A stretch of 64,000 nucleotides of DNA. It comes from Candidatus Marinacidobacterales bacterium (GTDB lineage: Bacteria; Acidobacteriota; Vicinamibacteria; Marinacidobacterales; SMYC01). The stretch covers positions 704,001-768,000 of the forward strand of contig CBDCYI010000009.1 of NCBI GenBank assembly GCA_965224085.1, in the 5' to 3' direction. Below the pieces are notes generated by a model. The model made no database searches. It had not been told where the DNA came from and saw only the letters and a list, made by a program, of their open reading frames with translations. The translations under genes and the position numbers were made by a program. Shown here one piece after another: positions 21,487 through 31,810 of the stretch (positions within the stretch are counted from its first letter, which is position 1; every line of letters starts with the position of its first letter).

Positions 21487-23394
21487 ATGAAGCACGTCGT
21501 CATCGGAACCGCCGGCCATATCGACCATGGCAAGAGTGCTCTCGTGCGGGCGCTGACGGGGACGGATCCAGACCGGCTTAAAGAAGAAAAGGAGCGGGGC
21601 ATCACCATCGAGCTCGGTTTCGCCTTTCTCGCCGAAGATGACGACCTATCCATTGCTTTCGTGGACGTTCCGGGACACGAGAAGTTCGTCAAGAACATGC
21701 TCGCGGGCGTCGGTGGCATCGATCTCGTCCTGCTCGTGGTCGCTGCAGACGAATCCATCATGCCTCAGACGCGGGAGCACTTCGACATCTGCCGTCTGCT
21801 CGAAATCCCGCGTGGGGTGATCGTTATTGCCAAGAGCGATCTTGCCGACCCCGAGCTCATCGAGCTTGCATCTCTCGAGACGCGGGAGCTCGTTGCTGGA
21901 AGCTTTCTCGAAGACGCCCCGCTCCTCGAAGTGTCGTCGAAAACGGGAGAGGGCATCGAAGCGCTGAAGCAAAAGCTCATCGAGGAGGCCAAGGATGTTT
22001 CCGGACGCCCCGCGAGTGGACGGTTCCGGCTTCCCGTCGATCGCGTGTTCTCCATGAAGGGGTTTGGCACCGTCGTGACGGGAACTTTGATGACCGGCTC
22101 GGTGGCACAAGAGGACGAGATCGAGATCGTGCCGCGAGGGCTGAAAGCGCGAATACGCGGCCTCCAAGTTCACGGCGAGAAGAAGAACACCGCACGCGCG
22201 GGGCAGAGAACCGCGGTGAACTTGCAAGGTGTTGATGTGGCCGACGTCTTGCGCGGCGACACCCTCGTCGAGCCCGGCTCGTTCATGCCGACGCACATGA
22301 TCGATGCCGAGCTCGACGTGCTCGCCTCGTCGCCCATCCCCATCAAGGATCTCACCCGCGTGCATCTTCATTTGGGAACGGCGCAAGTCTTGGCGCGCGT
22401 GCGGGTGCTGGGCGACAGGAAAGCTCTCGCTCCGGGAGAACGCGCTTTCGTTCAGCTCCGCTTGGAAGGCCCGATGGTTGCCGCACGTGGGGATCGCTTC
22501 ATCCTGAGACGCTACTCGCCTCTTCAGACGATCGCCGGCGGGAAGGTTCTCGATGCCGAGCCCCTCAAACACGGCGTCCGTAGCCGCGTGCCTCTCGGCG
22601 CGCTCGAAACGCTCGCGAGCGGCGATCGAGCCACTACTGCCGCCCTCTTTGTCGCCGGCGCGGGTGATATGGGGATGTCAGAGCTCGACTTGGCCCGGCG
22701 GCTATCGGCGGACCGGGAAGCGATGAAACCGATCGTCGCATCGCTCGTCAGCGCCAACAAAGCGGTGGTGGTCTCCGAGGCGCCGCAGCTTTTCATTGCT
22801 CCCAACGTCGTCGAGACGATCGCGAGCCGCATGCTCGACGAGCTCAAACGCTTTCAAAGTAAGAACCCGCTGCTCGAGGGTATGCCGAAAAGCGAGCTGA
22901 GGGAAAAGGCTGCAGCGCGCACGCCGCACGCCGTGTTCGAGTGGGTTTTAACGCAGCGCGTCGCCGAAGGACGTCTCCGAAGCGCGCGCGATCTCGTCGC
23001 GACTCCCGATCACAGCATCCACTTGAGCGCCGAGGAGACCGAAGCCCGAGACTTCCTCGTGACCCAATATCGTGACGGGGGCTATCGCCCAAAGAGTCTC
23101 AGCGAAGCGGCGACCGCGGGAAAGCAAGACACCCGCTTGCTCGAGCGCGTACGGAGGGTTTTGCTGAAGAACGGAACGCTTGTCCAGATCGGGGACGGGA
23201 TGGTCTTCCACCGCGACGTCCTCGGCGAGCTCAAGCAAACCATCAGGGACCTCAAGCCAGAACGCGACCGCCTCGATGTGAGCTTCTTCAAAGAGATGGC
23301 GGGTGTCACCCGCAAGCACGCCATTCCTCTGCTCGAGTGGCTCGACCGCGAGCGCGTCACCCGCCGCGCCGGCAACGACCGCATCATCTTGTAG
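21487..23394 (+). CDS. selB: Selenocysteine-specific elongation factor
   Basis: [53 protein letters not shown]-terminal winged helix [13 protein letters not shown]. Confidence 0.97.
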   Translation: MKHVVIGTAGHIDHGKSALVRALTGTDPDRLKEEKERGITIELGFAFLAEDDDLSIAFVDVPGHEKFVKNMLAGVGGIDLVLLVVAADESIMPQTREHFDICRLLEIPRGVIVIAKSDLADPELIELASLETRELVAGSFLEDAPLLEVSSKTGEGIEALKQKLIEEAKDVSGRPASGRFRLPVDRVFSMKGFGTVVTGTLMTGSVAQEDEIEIVPRGLKARIRGLQVHGEKKNTARAGQRTAVNLQGVDVADVLRGDTLVEPGSFMPTHMIDAELDVLASSPIPIKDLTRVHLHLGTAQVLARVRVLGDRKALAPGERAFVQLRLEGPMVAARGDRFILRRYSPLQTIAGGKVLDAEPLKHGVRSRVPLGALETLASGDRATTAALFVAGAGDMGMSELDLARRLSADREAMKPIVASLVSANKAVVVSEAPQLFIAPNVVETIASRMLDELKRFQSKNPLLEGMPKSELREKAAARTPHAVFEWVLTQRVAEGRLRSARDLVATPDHSIHLSAEETEARDFLVTQYRDGGYRPKSLSEAATAGKQDTRLLERVRRVLLKNGTLVQIGDGMVFHRDVLGELKQTIRDLKPERDRLDVSFFKEMAGVTRKHAIPLLEWLDRERVTRRAGNDRIIL

Positions 23395-23593
23395 CGCTGA
23401 TAGCCACCCCGGATTCATGAAATCCGCCGGCATTTTCGGTGGTGGCCTCGTGTTGCTGCTGAGTGTCGAAGCCGTGGCTTCTGGACAGGAAAGCTAGGGC
23501 GCATTTGCCTTTCCCCGCAGACTAGAATACTTTTGGGCCTCCAGCGCGTTAAGGCGGCCCCCTCCGGCCCGTGGTCGCTGGCGGTGGAGTCCC

Positions 23594-24142
23594 ATGAGCA
23601 AAGCATTTACCAAAGAATCCGACGAAGGGGCCTTCGACGAAATCATTCCCGAGCCAAAGGACCTTCTGCCGCCTGGCACCAAGAACTACGTCACGCCCGA
23701 AGGTGGGGAGGCCTTGCGCACCGAGCTCACCCGTCTCGAGGACGTGCTGCGGCCGCAGGTTGTTAAGAAAAAAGGCTCTTCCACGAAGGGAAAGAAGGCG
23801 GCGGAGGGCCAGAGTCTGTCACCGAGAGCACGTCTCGCGGTGATCGACCGCCGCATCCGGTTTCTCCGGGGTCGTTTGGCCAATATGGACGTTGTCGACC
23901 CGAAGTCTCAAGACCAGGACAGCGTGCATTTCGGCGCGACGGTCACTATCGCGGATCCCGAAGGCAACGAGAGGGTGTACAAAATCGTCGGGGTCGACGA
24001 GAGCCAGCCGGCCGAAGGCCGCGTCAGCTTCATTTCTCCGGTGGCGAGAGCTCTGATTTCCGCGCGCGAGGGCGATGTCGTGAGACTCGAGCTCCCAAGC
24101 GGTGTGACCGAGCTCGAAATCCTATCGATCGATTACGTGTGA
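23594..24142 (+). CDS. GreA/GreB-family protein lacking the acidic coiled-coil tip
   Basis: MSKAFTKES, NYVTPEG, RRIRFL, VHFGATVT, YKIVGVDE, SFISPVARAL; no GDxSEN motif. Confidence 0.85.
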   Translation: MSKAFTKESDEGAFDEIIPEPKDLLPPGTKNYVTPEGGEALRTELTRLEDVLRPQVVKKKGSSTKGKKAAEGQSLSPRARLAVIDRRIRFLRGRLANMDVVDPKSQDQDSVHFGATVTIADPEGNERVYKIVGVDESQPAEGRVSFISPVARALISAREGDVVRLELPSGVTELEILSIDYV

Positions 24143-24149
24143 GAGCGCC

Positions 24150-24642
24150 GTGTTCGTTGTGGACGGCTACAACGCCATCCGGCGCGTTCCCCGTTTCGCC
24201 TTAGTCGAGGCGCGCGACGGTCTCCGCGCGGGACGCGAAGCGCTCGTGACGGCCATCCTCGCTTCCGGGACGCTTCGAGCCCAGCCTGTGGTTATCATCT
24301 TCGACGGCAATAAGGACATCGACATCAGGCACAATCTCCGGGCACCGCACCCCAAGCTGACGTTGCGTTTCTCGCGCTCGCCCGACAACGCCGACCAGGA
24401 GATCCTTCGCTTTGTCGGCAAAGGCCGTGCGACCGCGGCGACCGTCATCACCGCCGACCAAGACCTTGCTTTCGAAGCGCGGCGCCTCGGCGCCTCGGTG
24501 GTCGCGCCGGAGAAGCTGGAACGTTTTGAAGCTTGCGAAGCCCCCGAAGAGGAAGAGCCCGCAAGCTCGATCCGAAAAGCCGAACGCGTCAGCTTCCGAT
24601 GTCGCCTATTGGCTCGAAGTTTTCGAGGACGACGAGAGCTGA
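24150..24642 (+). CDS. NYN (YacP-like, PIN fold) domain protein, probable frameshift near 24515
   Basis: VVDGYN, IIFDG, FS....ADQEI, VITADQDL; the alternative frame ends SDVAYWLEVF, a plausible family C-terminus. Confidence 0.75.
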
Positions 24643-24646
24643 GCGC

Positions 24647-25087
24647 TCACCGATGACGCACGCCTAAGACGGCGAAACCGATCAAAGCGGATTTGACAAC
24701 GAAGATCAGCCGATTGTTGGAATTCAGGTCGCCGGGCCAGAAGAAAAAGCCGGGGCACGTGAGCAGCTCCAACGTGTTCTCGGTGACACCCTCCAGCGAT
24801 TCGTTGTCGTCGAAGCGTATCCGGACCCGAAGGCCAAGCCGATTCGGATCGGTTTGCAGAGATTTTTCTTCCAGATAGTCCCCGTCACCGGTAAAGTCAT
24901 GTACGAAGAACACGCCTTTGAGCTTGTGGATGTCGACGGGCAGAGGCTCACCGTTCACGTCGCTCATCTTCAAAATGCCTCGCGGCAGTAGTTGTCCTTT
25001 GTCGAGATAGCCGGGAACGAGTTGCCCCTGCTTCGTCCGGGCGATCACTTTCGGACGCGCGGAGAGGAGCTCTTTGAGAGAATCCAT
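24647..25087 (-). CDS. Conserved hypothetical protein (DUF6982-like)
   Basis: KVIAR...G.LV.GY, LKGVFFVHDF, VRIRFDDNESLEG, GFFFWP.D..SNN.LIFV. Confidence 0.7.
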   Translation of the reverse strand: MDSLKELLSARPKVIARTKQGQLVPGYLDKGQLLPRGILKMSDVNGEPLPVDIHKLKGVFFVHDFTGDGDYLEEKSLQTDPNRLGLRVRIRFDDNESLEGVTENTLELLTCPGFFFWPGDLNSNNRLIFVVKSALIGFAVLGVRHR

Positions 25088-25160
25088 GTCGGCCGAGCTT
25101 TATTTTCCCATAGTTACGTTGGCAAACGTATCGGAGGCGCCATGGTAGGATGGCTTCGCC

Positions 25161-26411
25161 GTGCCGGATAAAACCGTAGGGGTGATCCTCGGGGGAGGCA
25201 TTGGGGCGCGCCTTCACCCCTTGACCCGCGAGCGCTCCAAGCCCGCCGTTCCCTTTGGCGGCAAGTACCGCCTCGTCGACGTTCCCATCAGTAATTGCTT
25301 GAACGGCGGCATCCGGCGGATCTTCGTGTTAACCCAGTTCAACTCCGCGTCGTTGAACAATCACGTCACGCACACCTATCGCTTCGACAATTTCGGCCGG
25401 AGCTTCGTCGACATCCTCGCCGCGGAGCAGACACCGGACGCAAAGGATTGGTATCAGGGCACGGCTGACGCCGTGCGTAAGAATTTGCGACACCTCGTCA
25501 ATCGCCCCGGTGTCGAGCGCGCACTCGTGCTCAGTGGCGATCAGCTCTACCGGATGGACTTTCGCGACGTCGTCACGCAACACGAGGCGAGCGGTGCCGA
25601 GGTGACGGTCGCGGTCACGACAGTGCGGCGCGAAGACGCCCCGCGCTACGGCATTCTCCAAATCGATGCGGCGAAAAAAGTCACACGGTTCGTCGAAAAG
25701 CCGGCGGTCGGCGCCCTCGAGGGATTCGAGACAGGGGACGGCGACGAGTATCTCGGATCGATGGGAATCTATTTGTTCAATCGTTCGGTCCTCGAAGAGG
25801 AGCTTCTTGGGTCCGAGGCGAATGATTTTGGTCACGGGATACTCCCCGGCCTTGTTGGGCGCCGCGGCCTGTTCGCCTATTTGTTCGACGGCTATTTCGA
25901 AGATGTCGGGACCATCGGCACTTTTTACCAAGCTAACTTGGATTTGACGGATCCGCTGCCGCGCTTCAACTTCTATGAGCCGTTGGCGCCCATCTATACG
26001 CATCCGCGGTTCTTGCCCGGGAGCAAGATCGACGATTGCACCATCGTGCGCTCACTCATCACCGAAGGCGTCATCTTGAATCAATGCCGCGTGGAGCGCT
26101 CGCTCCTCGGCGTGCGGGCGCGGGTGGCCAAGGGTGCGGCGCTCAAAGAGGCCCTCATCATGGGGGCTGACTTCTATCAGCTGCCGCATGAGGTGGAGGC
26201 CGATTTGGCCGCGGGACGCCCACCCATGGGTATCGGCGAGGACGCGGTCATCGAACGCGCCATCGTGGACAAGAACGCCCGGATTGGCAAAGGCGTGCGC
26301 ATCGTCAACGAAAAAGCCGTCACCGAGGCCGATGGCGAGAACTACTTCGTCCGCGACGGAATTGTCGTTATTCCTAAGAATGTCACGGTGAATGACGGCA
26401 CTGTGGTTTGA
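25161..26411 (+). CDS. glgC: Glucose-1-phosphate adenylyltransferase
   Basis: LGGGIGARLHPLT.ERSKPAVPFGGKYRLVD, WYQGTADAVR, LSGDQLYRMD, FVEKP, SMGIY, AIVDKNARIG. Confidence 0.97.
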   Translation: MPDKTVGVILGGGIGARLHPLTRERSKPAVPFGGKYRLVDVPISNCLNGGIRRIFVLTQFNSASLNNHVTHTYRFDNFGRSFVDILAAEQTPDAKDWYQGTADAVRKNLRHLVNRPGVERALVLSGDQLYRMDFRDVVTQHEASGAEVTVAVTTVRREDAPRYGILQIDAAKKVTRFVEKPAVGALEGFETGDGDEYLGSMGIYLFNRSVLEEELLGSEANDFGHGILPGLVGRRGLFAYLFDGYFEDVGTIGTFYQANLDLTDPLPRFNFYEPLAPIYTHPRFLPGSKIDDCTIVRSLITEGVILNQCRVERSLLGVRARVAKGAALKEALIMGADFYQLPHEVEADLAAGRPPMGIGEDAVIERAIVDKNARIGKGVRIVNEKAVTEADGENYFVRDGIVVIPKNVTVNDGTVV

Positions 26412-26527
26412 TTTCGGCTATCGGCTATCTGGATCTGAATTTCGGTTACGGTCCGCTCTTAAGATCTGTTGGGGAAGTCCCACGTGGTCCAGTGGAAAAC
26501 CCACGAGAACATGCGGAGAGTTCACTC

Positions 26528-26583
26528 TAAGTTGTTGATTCCAAAGCATTGTGTTGCTGTTTGATATCGGCATTCGTCTTGCA
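26528..26583 (+). promoter_or_regulatory. Sigma54 promoter with upstream IHF site
   Basis: cGGCATTCGTCTTGCA (GG-N10-GC at 26569-26582); TAAGTTGTTGATT (26528-26540) is the reverse complement of WATCAANNNNTTR. Confidence 0.65.
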
Positions 26584-26634
26584 TCTTTGATGGGGCGCCA
26601 GAGCGTTTTGCCAGAGCGTTTCGAACGATACAAC

Positions 26635-27425
26635 ATGCCGGATTACCAAAGCTTCGAAGTGCCCACGCTTTTGCGACTGCTCAAGGGCATCGACCGCCTT
26701 CCTCGAGGCGCCACGGGCGCTTTGGTCTTTGCGTCGAAAGATGCCCCACAGGGTACGGTGCTTGTCGAGGAGAACCGTGTCTGCTGGGCGGCAGCCTCGA
26801 ACATGGAGCATCGCCTCACCGATATCTTGCGCCACGAAAGTAATCCGCCCCTTCCGAAAGCTGTCTTCGAAACGGTCTACGAAGAGTGTCATCGCGAGCG
26901 GATCCCGCTAGCCGAAACTTTGGTCGAGCGAGGGATCGTGACGGCGGAAGGGCTTTCGCGCGCGCTCCGTCGGCACACCGCGGAGGCTATCTGTGTTCTG
27001 TCGTCCTCGAAAGCTTTGGCTCCGGTCTGGGCTTCCAATCGGCAGCGGCCTTACGACGCGCAGCACACGTTCTCGACAACGGAGCTCATGAGCTGCGTGG
27101 GGTCTTTCGGCTTCGACAAAGAAGCCGAACAGGCAGCGCAAAGACTGCAGGAGGTGACGCCCAGGGCCTCCGTCGGCGTAGCGTACCTCGAAAAAGGGCA
27201 CGAGCTCCCCGTCGCCCAAGTTGCCGTCAATGGGTGGGATTGCTCCGCGCTCGTCGAGTTCGGGCACTGGGCTCGGAAGTCCTCACGGCCGCGGAGACCC
27301 AGAAAGTGGTGGAATCCGCCGGTGACGATGAGCTCCGCCGCGCCTGGCGCGACGGCGCGCTCGTCTACGTAAGCCACTCGAACCACGACATGGAACGGAG
27401 GTTACCCGAGCCAGTTCTCGTCTAG
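26635..27425 (+). CDS. Hypothetical protein, DUF4388-like with a degenerate MshEN-like motif; probable frameshift near 27280
   Basis: TGALVF...GTVLVEENRVCWA, PLAETLVERGIVTAEGLSRALRRH; the alternative frame continues to TAG 27425. Confidence 0.55.
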
Positions 27426-27445
27426 ATCTTCAAAAAGGAGATTAG

Positions 27446-28119
27446 ATGAACCTAGACGCTCTGTGGCCTGAAGACCGACCTCGCCAGAAACTCATCCAGC
27501 GCGGCGCCGAGACGCTTGGTGTCAACGAGCTCCTCGCCGTGCTCCTGGGCTCGGGCACCCGAAACGCCTCCGCGCTCGAGCTGTCCAATCAGCTCTTGCG
27601 GCAAGCGGGAGGTCTCGACGGCCTCCTTCGCCAAAGCCCCGCTGGGCTTGCACGCGTGCCCGGGTTGAAGGACGCGCGCGTGGCGCGGATTCTCGCAGCC
27701 CTCGAGCTCGGAAGGCGCGCCGCCTCCGCACCGGAGCCTGCGCGGCTGCGGTTCCGCGTGCCGGAGGATGCCGGCCGCTACTTGATGCCGCGTTTCGGAA
27801 CGAAGCCCCTGGAGGAATTCGGTATGCTCGCGCTCGATAGCCGCAATGGGCTGATGCGCCTCGAAATAGTCTCCAACGGTAGCCTGAACGGCTCTCTCGC
27901 CCATCCCCGCGAAGTCTATCGTGAAGCCGCCATTCTTCGTGCGGCGGCGATCGTCGTCTTTCACAATCACCCGTCCGGCGATCCAACACCATCGCGCGAG
28001 GACCGGCAGCTCACCGACAGGCTGCACCGGGGGGGGAGATCCTGGGCATCGGCCTTCTGGACCACGTCATCGTCAGCACCGGCCGCTACTGGAGTTTCAA
28101 AGAGCACCACGAACTCTAG
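27446..28119 (+). CDS. radC: RadC/JAB family protein; frameshift in a G-run at about 28029-28037
   Basis: RPRQKL..GAE.L...ELLAVLLGSG, AALELGRR, AHPREVY, HNHPSGDPTPSRED; ILGIGLLDHVIV resumes in a shifted frame. Confidence 0.9.
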
Positions 28120-28136
28120 TACACTGCACGGCTTCA

Positions 28137-29327
28137 ATGGGCAAGCGGGTTCTCTATCTGGATGGCTCCGCGGGCGCGAGCGGAGATATGATCCTCGCGG
28201 CGCTCATCGACCTCGGCGTGCCCTTGAAAAAGCTCGTGGCCGAGCTCGACAAACTCTCGGTGACCGGCTTCCGGTTGATCCGGTCCAAAGCGGTTCGTGG
28301 CGGCATCCACGGCACGCGCATCCGCGTGGACGCGCCCGACGATCGAGGCCACCGCCACTGGGCGGATTTCGAACGGATTCTGAGAAAAAGCCGCCTGCGC
28401 AAGGACATTAAAGCGCGTTCGCTTTCCCTCATCTATCGGGTCTTCGAAGCGGAAGCCACCGTGCACGGCAAGAACGTCGAGAAGATCCATCTTCACGAGC
28501 TCGGATCGCTCGACACGATCGTAGACGTCGTGGGTGCGGTCTCGGGCCTCGAGCTTCTCGGTGTCGACCGGGTCGAAGCCTCACCGCTCAACGTGGGCTC
28601 CGGCTGGGTGGATACGGAGCACGGTCGGCTGTCCGTGCCGGCGCCTGCCACTGCGCTACTGTTGAAGGGTGTACCGGTATTCGCGGATGGTGATTTCGAG
28701 CGAACGACGCCGACCGGAGCACTTCTCGTGAGCGGCTTCGCCGAGCAATTCGGCCCCTTGCCCGCGATGACGATCACGCGTCTAGGCTATGGACTCGGTG
28801 CGAAGGATCCGAGCTCAGGAAGGCCGAACGCGCTCCGACTCGTTCTCGGCGAGACGGAGAGCCGCCGTTTTGAAACGGTTCTCGTCCTCGAGACGACCAT
28901 CGACGACCAAACGCCGGAGCAATTGGGTTTTGTCCAGGAGCAGTTACTCGAGGCGGGCGTTCTGGATGTCTTTCTGACGCCGGTGATGATGAAAAAGAGC
29001 CGACCCGGCACGAACGTGACGGTCCTCGTACACCCGCGTGGCCGCGATCAGGCGACAGCGCTCCTCTTTCGGGAGAGCACGACGCTCGGCGTCCGTACCC
29101 ACGCGATCGAACGCGAGGTTCTCGAGCGCCGCCTCGTCACGGTGCGGACGCGCTTCGGCAAAGTTCGTGTCAAAGAAGGGCTCTTCGGAGGCAAAGTCTT
29201 GAACGTCGCGCCTGAATTCGAAGATTGCCGGCGGATCGCGCGCGCGCGGAAAGTTTCTTTGAAACAGGTACAGCAAGCCGCGATCGTGAGCTACCAAAAG
29301 AAAGGCCAAACGAAAGGAAAGCGATGA
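28137..29327 (+). CDS. larC: Nickel-pincer cofactor biosynthesis protein LarC
   Basis: YLDGSAGASGDMILAALID, HLHELGSLDTIVD, HGRLSVPAPAT, TTPTG, MKKSRPG, TTLGVR, PEFEDC. Confidence 0.93.
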   Translation: MGKRVLYLDGSAGASGDMILAALIDLGVPLKKLVAELDKLSVTGFRLIRSKAVRGGIHGTRIRVDAPDDRGHRHWADFERILRKSRLRKDIKARSLSLIYRVFEAEATVHGKNVEKIHLHELGSLDTIVDVVGAVSGLELLGVDRVEASPLNVGSGWVDTEHGRLSVPAPATALLLKGVPVFADGDFERTTPTGALLVSGFAEQFGPLPAMTITRLGYGLGAKDPSSGRPNALRLVLGETESRRFETVLVLETTIDDQTPEQLGFVQEQLLEAGVLDVFLTPVMMKKSRPGTNVTVLVHPRGRDQATALLFRESTTLGVRTHAIEREVLERRLVTVRTRFGKVRVKEGLFGGKVLNVAPEFEDCRRIARARKVSLKQVQQAAIVSYQKKGQTKGKR

Positions 29328-29645
29328 GCGAAGACGAGAAAATCACTATCCACGACTTCTTCAAAATCGAGTTAAAAGTGGCCAAGGTGCTCGAAGCGTC
29401 CGAGATCGAAGGCGCCGACCGGCTTCTTCAACTTCGAGTGGATCTGGGCTCGGAGACCCGGCAGCTCGTCGCGGGGATCAAAAAAACCTACACGCCCGAA
29501 GAGCTCGTCGGTAAGCACATCATCGGTGTCGCCAATTTAGAGCCCGCCACGCTGCGAGGAGTCGAATCTCGCGGCAAGCGCCGAGGATGGACCTGTAGTC
29601 GCGACGTTCGACAAAGACGTCGCGCCCGGCGCCAAGGTCAAGTGA
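29324..29645 (+). CDS. Stand-alone tRNA-binding OB-fold (MetRS C-terminal/Trbp111/CsaA-like) with a small internal deletion
   Basis: ITIHDFFKIELKVAKV, GADRLLQLRVDLG.ETRQLVAGI, ANLEPATLRGVESRG; the usual MLLA is missing and the frame shifts before SAEDGPVV...PGAKVK. Confidence 0.85.
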
Positions 29646-31789
29646 AGCAATTTTTCTTCGTGCTCGCGGCGCTCGTCGTCGCCTGTGGTCCCGGGCCGAC
29701 CGAGCCACCTACGGCCGACGAGGGGTCACTCGTCGATGCCGTGGCTGTAGCGCGCAAGAGCTGGAGCGGTATCTTGATCGAGTTCGGCTCGCCGCGAGCG
29801 CTGCCTCATTTGAGCGAGGACGGCTGGTCGCATGGAGAGACGGCCAGAGACGGCAATACCTTTCGCTGGGCCTCCGAAGAAGAGGCGGTTTTCACGTTCA
29901 CGAGTGATCGCGCTGGCCGCCACATGGCCTGGATTGAATGCGAGCCGTTCCGTTTCGACGGCAGTCCTTCGCAACGGATTCGCCTGAGCGTCAACGGCGA
30001 GGAGCTGACCGAGATCGAGCTGCGTCCCGCGCGCGAGCGCTATCCGGTCGAGCTGCCGCTTCGAGAAGGCTCGAACGAGATGGCCATGCGTTTCCGCTAC
30101 GCGGGCGATCCCAACCGAAGCTCCGCCGACCGACGGCGGCTCGCGGTCGCCTTCTATCGCTTCGACATTCTGCCCGAAGGCGGAGCGCCGGTCGCGAGGA
30201 GCCCGGGCCCGTTCGCTTGGGTGAACTCAGGGCTCCATGTGCCCGCGGGCGGCGCCGTGACGCTCTACGCGGACGTCCCCGGCGAGGCGAAACTCCGATT
30301 GACTTCTTCCGACGGTGTCGACGTCGTCGTGCGTTCGGAACGGTCTACGACTTTCCCGCTCATCGAAGAGACGCTCGCTGGCGAAGAGGCCTGGGAGCAG
30401 GACTTGCGTGCGAACGGCCCCGTCGAGATCGTTCTGCGCTCAGCGAGCGGTACCGTCATACGGCCCGAGCTGATCGTCCCGGCGTCCACGCCGCCGCGAC
30501 ACAATCCAAACGCGGTCGACGCCAACATCGTGCTGATCGTTCTCGACGGCGCGAACGCGCTCCGAACGGGACTCTATGGACACGACGCGAACACGACACC
30601 CGCCATCGACGCGTTGGGAGAGACGAGCGTCGTTTTCGACAACGCCGTGAGCCAAGCCGTCTACACGATCGCTTCCATGGGCTCCGTTCTCACTGGCCAA
30701 TACCCCGAGCGCCACCAGAGCGTCTCTTTTTCCGACCGGCTCCGCGACGACGTCGTCACCTTTCCCGGGCTCCTCGCCGAGCACGGCTACCGAACGGCCG
30801 GCTTTTCGGGAAACGCCGTCGCCTCGAAAATGTTCGGCCTCGATCAGGGCTATCAAGAGTACTTCCAGATCTGGGAGCAAGAGGACTACACGGGTCACGG
30901 CGACTCGGTCCTCGCCACGTTCCGCGATTGGCTAGACGACGTCGGCGACGAGCGTTTTCTCGCCTACGTTCACTTTCGCGAGCCGCATTTCCCGTACAAC
31001 CCACCAGCGCCTTTCGATACCCGCTTCGCCCCGGCAGAACCGTTCCCCGAAGGCATGGCCGACGCGAAGGTCGTCGAAGCGCTGAACGACCGAGTCGCCG
31101 CAGGAGAACCGCTCGACCCCGCAAAGCTCGCCCGCGTGCACGGCCTCTATGATGGCAACCTAGCCTATGTCGATGATCTCGTCGGAAAGCTCCTCCGGCA
31201 ACTCGACGAGCGCGGACTCGGAGGCAACACCGTCCTCATCCTCACCGCGGACCACGGAGAAGCTCTCTTCGAGCACGGTTTCCTAGGCCACAACACCCAG
31301 CTCTATGAAGAAAGCATCCGCGTTCCGCTAATCATAAAAATTCCCAGCGCCGCGCCGCGCCGCGTCGGTAACGTGGTGGAGCTCGTCGACCTGGCACCGA
31401 CCATCCTGGAGCTCGCCGGCATGCATGCAATCGACATGCAAGGCAAAAGCCTGCTAGGACCCGCCGCGGCTGACCGCATTGCTTACTCGCGCACCGTCTG
31501 GAAACGCCCCCGCTACAGTGCCCGCAACAAGAATCACAAACTCATCTGGGACAGCCGCACCGACAAAAAAGAGCTCTACAACCTGAGCGCCGACCCCAAA
31601 GAAACTGGTGACCTGTCCGAAGAAGACAACTTCGCAAAGGGCTACCTAGAACAGAAACTGTTCGCCTGGCTAAGAGCGCAAGAACATCTAAGAGGCAACG
31701 CCCCCGCCCCCGAAGGTGTAGAAATGACCGAAGAGGAGCGCCGCCGCCTGGAAAGCCTAGGCTACACCCAAGCGATGAAAGAGAAGTGA
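29642..31789 (+). CDS. Sulfatase-like lipoprotein (alkaline phosphatase superfamily)
   Basis: GTG start overlapping the upstream stop, lipobox LVVAC; NIVLIVLDG, TPAID, YVHFREPHFPY, YD..LAYVD, TADHGE, LYEESIRVPL, LESLGY. Confidence 0.85.
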   Translation: MKQFFFVLAALVVACGPGPTEPPTADEGSLVDAVAVARKSWSGILIEFGSPRALPHLSEDGWSHGETARDGNTFRWASEEEAVFTFTSDRAGRHMAWIECEPFRFDGSPSQRIRLSVNGEELTEIELRPARERYPVELPLREGSNEMAMRFRYAGDPNRSSADRRRLAVAFYRFDILPEGGAPVARSPGPFAWVNSGLHVPAGGAVTLYADVPGEAKLRLTSSDGVDVVVRSERSTTFPLIEETLAGEEAWEQDLRANGPVEIVLRSASGTVIRPELIVPASTPPRHNPNAVDANIVLIVLDGANALRTGLYGHDANTTPAIDALGETSVVFDNAVSQAVYTIASMGSVLTGQYPERHQSVSFSDRLRDDVVTFPGLLAEHGYRTAGFSGNAVASKMFGLDQGYQEYFQIWEQEDYTGHGDSVLATFRDWLDDVGDERFLAYVHFREPHFPYNPPAPFDTRFAPAEPFPEGMADAKVVEALNDRVAAGEPLDPAKLARVHGLYDGNLAYVDDLVGKLLRQLDERGLGGNTVLILTADHGEALFEHGFLGHNTQLYEESIRVPLIIKIPSAAPRRVGNVVELVDLAPTILELAGMHAIDMQGKSLLGPAAADRIAYSRTVWKRPRYSARNKNHKLIWDSRTDKKELYNLSADPKETGDLSEEDNFAKGYLEQKLFAWLRAQEHLRGNAPAPEGVEMTEEERRRLESLGYTQAMKEK

Positions 31790-31810
31790 ACCAGGATCCT
31801 GAATGCAGAA

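Noticed and set aside
23395-23593. Possible tRNA-Sec or SECIS-related RNA downstream of selB
   Set aside because: No cloverleaf with a TCA anticodon; the region holds only a short signal-peptide-like ORF stub.
29225-31789. Apparent 854-aa fusion of a tRNA-binding domain to a sulfatase
   Set aside because: A small deletion removes MLLA and shifts the frame; the OB-fold has its own stop at 29645 and the sulfatase its own GTG start and lipoprotein signal.
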